A program made the translations under genes and the position numbers. Positions 26,358 to 26,996 of a stretch of 26,996 bases of DNA are shown here, piece after piece. The notes under the pieces were generated by a model, which did no database searches, was not told the origin of the DNA, and was given only the letters and a program-made list of their open reading frames with translations. The stretch is from Stellaceae bacterium. GTDB lineage: Bacteria > Pseudomonadota > Alphaproteobacteria > ATCC43930 > CGMCC-115725. The stretch is from NCBI GenBank assembly GCA_036569735.1, contig DATCQF010000013.1, forward strand, positions 1-26,996. The letters run 5' to 3'. Each line of letters opens with the position of its first letter. Within the stretch, counting starts at the first letter, position 1.

Positions 26358-26460
26358 GCCGTTTCCCTTGCATTCCGGTCGGTCCATCATGGCCGATCAT
26401 GCGGCAAGCTGTGGCCCCAGGCGAGCGGAATGGCCCGGCACATGATACTTTGAGGTGGCA

Positions 26461-26996
26461 ATGACGGCGCTCTATCACTGCCCTTCGTGCGGCGCGGACG
26501 TAGCGGCGGACCGGCCGATCTGGCGCTGCGCCTGTGGCGGCCACCTGAACCTGGCTCCCGGAGCCGGGCTCGCCCGCGGCGACATCGACGGCGCCGAAGC
26601 CTCGCTGTGGCGCTATCGAGCCGCGCTGGCGCTCGAGGGGCCGGCGCGCGTGTCGCTCGGCGAGGGCTGGACCCCGCTGGTGATCCGCGGCTGGGCGGGC
26701 GTCGAGGTGCATTTCAAGCTCGAATCGCAGATGCCGACCGGCTCCTTCAAGGATCGCGGCACCGCGGTCATGCTGAACCACCTGCTCCAGGTCGGGGTCG
26801 GCCCGATCCACGAAGACTCCTCGGGCAATGCCGGCTCGTCGATCGCCAGCTACGCGGCGGCGGCCGCGATCCCATGCCGCATCTATGTCCCGGTCAGTGC
26901 GCCGCGCGGCAAGATCGTGCAGATCGCCGCGTCGGGCGCCGAGGTTCGGGTCATCCCGGGCACCCGCCAGGCGGTGACCGAGGCGGCCCTCGCGGC
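26461..26996 (+). CDS. Threonine-synthase-like PLP-dependent enzyme with an N-terminal zinc-ribbon, 5' part only
   Basis: Not in the ORF track (no stop in window). Manual translation: MTALYHCPSCG...WRCACGGHL...SLWRY...SLGEGWTPL...KLESQMPTGSFKDRG...EDSSGNAG. GAGG RBS. Confidence 0.88.
   Translation, partial: MTALYHCPSCGADVAADRPIWRCACGGHLNLAPGAGLARGDIDGAEASLWRYRAALALEGPARVSLGEGWTPLVIRGWAGVEVHFKLESQMPTGSFKDRGTAVMLNHLLQVGVGPIHEDSSGNAGSSIASYAAAAAIPCRIYVPVSAPRGKIVQIAASGAEVRVIPGTRQAVTEAALA

Overview
High-GC alphaproteobacterial chromosomal window, mostly housekeeping and metabolic genes with accessory insertions. Left part (minus strand): an active class II dihydroorotase pyrC, an LLM-class monooxygenase, pyrB, an inactive-type dihydroorotase pyrC'/pyrX, plsY and the 5' end of dprA; a plus-strand vapBC pair sits between pyrC and the LLM gene. 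Middle: an SCP2-type thiolase, a stand-alone IS481-like HTH protein, a Tat-exported N-acetylmuramoyl-L-alanine amidase, a class II aldolase-fold gene and a family-5 (Dpp/Opp-type) ABC importer. The importer has two tandem paralogous binding proteins and two permeases but no ATPase, and is split by an antisense Phd-VapC module whose toxin has an in-frame amber stop. Right part: a DUF1640-like small membrane protein, a pentose-phosphate operon (tal-pgi fusion, gnd, zwf, rpe, rpiA, Cof-type HAD), a small secreted protein with a candidate sigma-EcfG promoter, folD, a cytochrome c2-type gene and the 5' part of a ThrC-like PLP enzyme. Three different REP-like palindrome families occur just downstream of genes. 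No rRNA, tRNA, CRISPR array, integrase or complete transposase was seen. The best leads are a possible pyrimidine-sensing start-site switch on a leaderless pyrB mRNA, the diverged binding-protein pair, the disarmed TA module inside the transporter operon, and a probable CTG start for dprA. All family calls come from motif recognition by eye; no database search was run.
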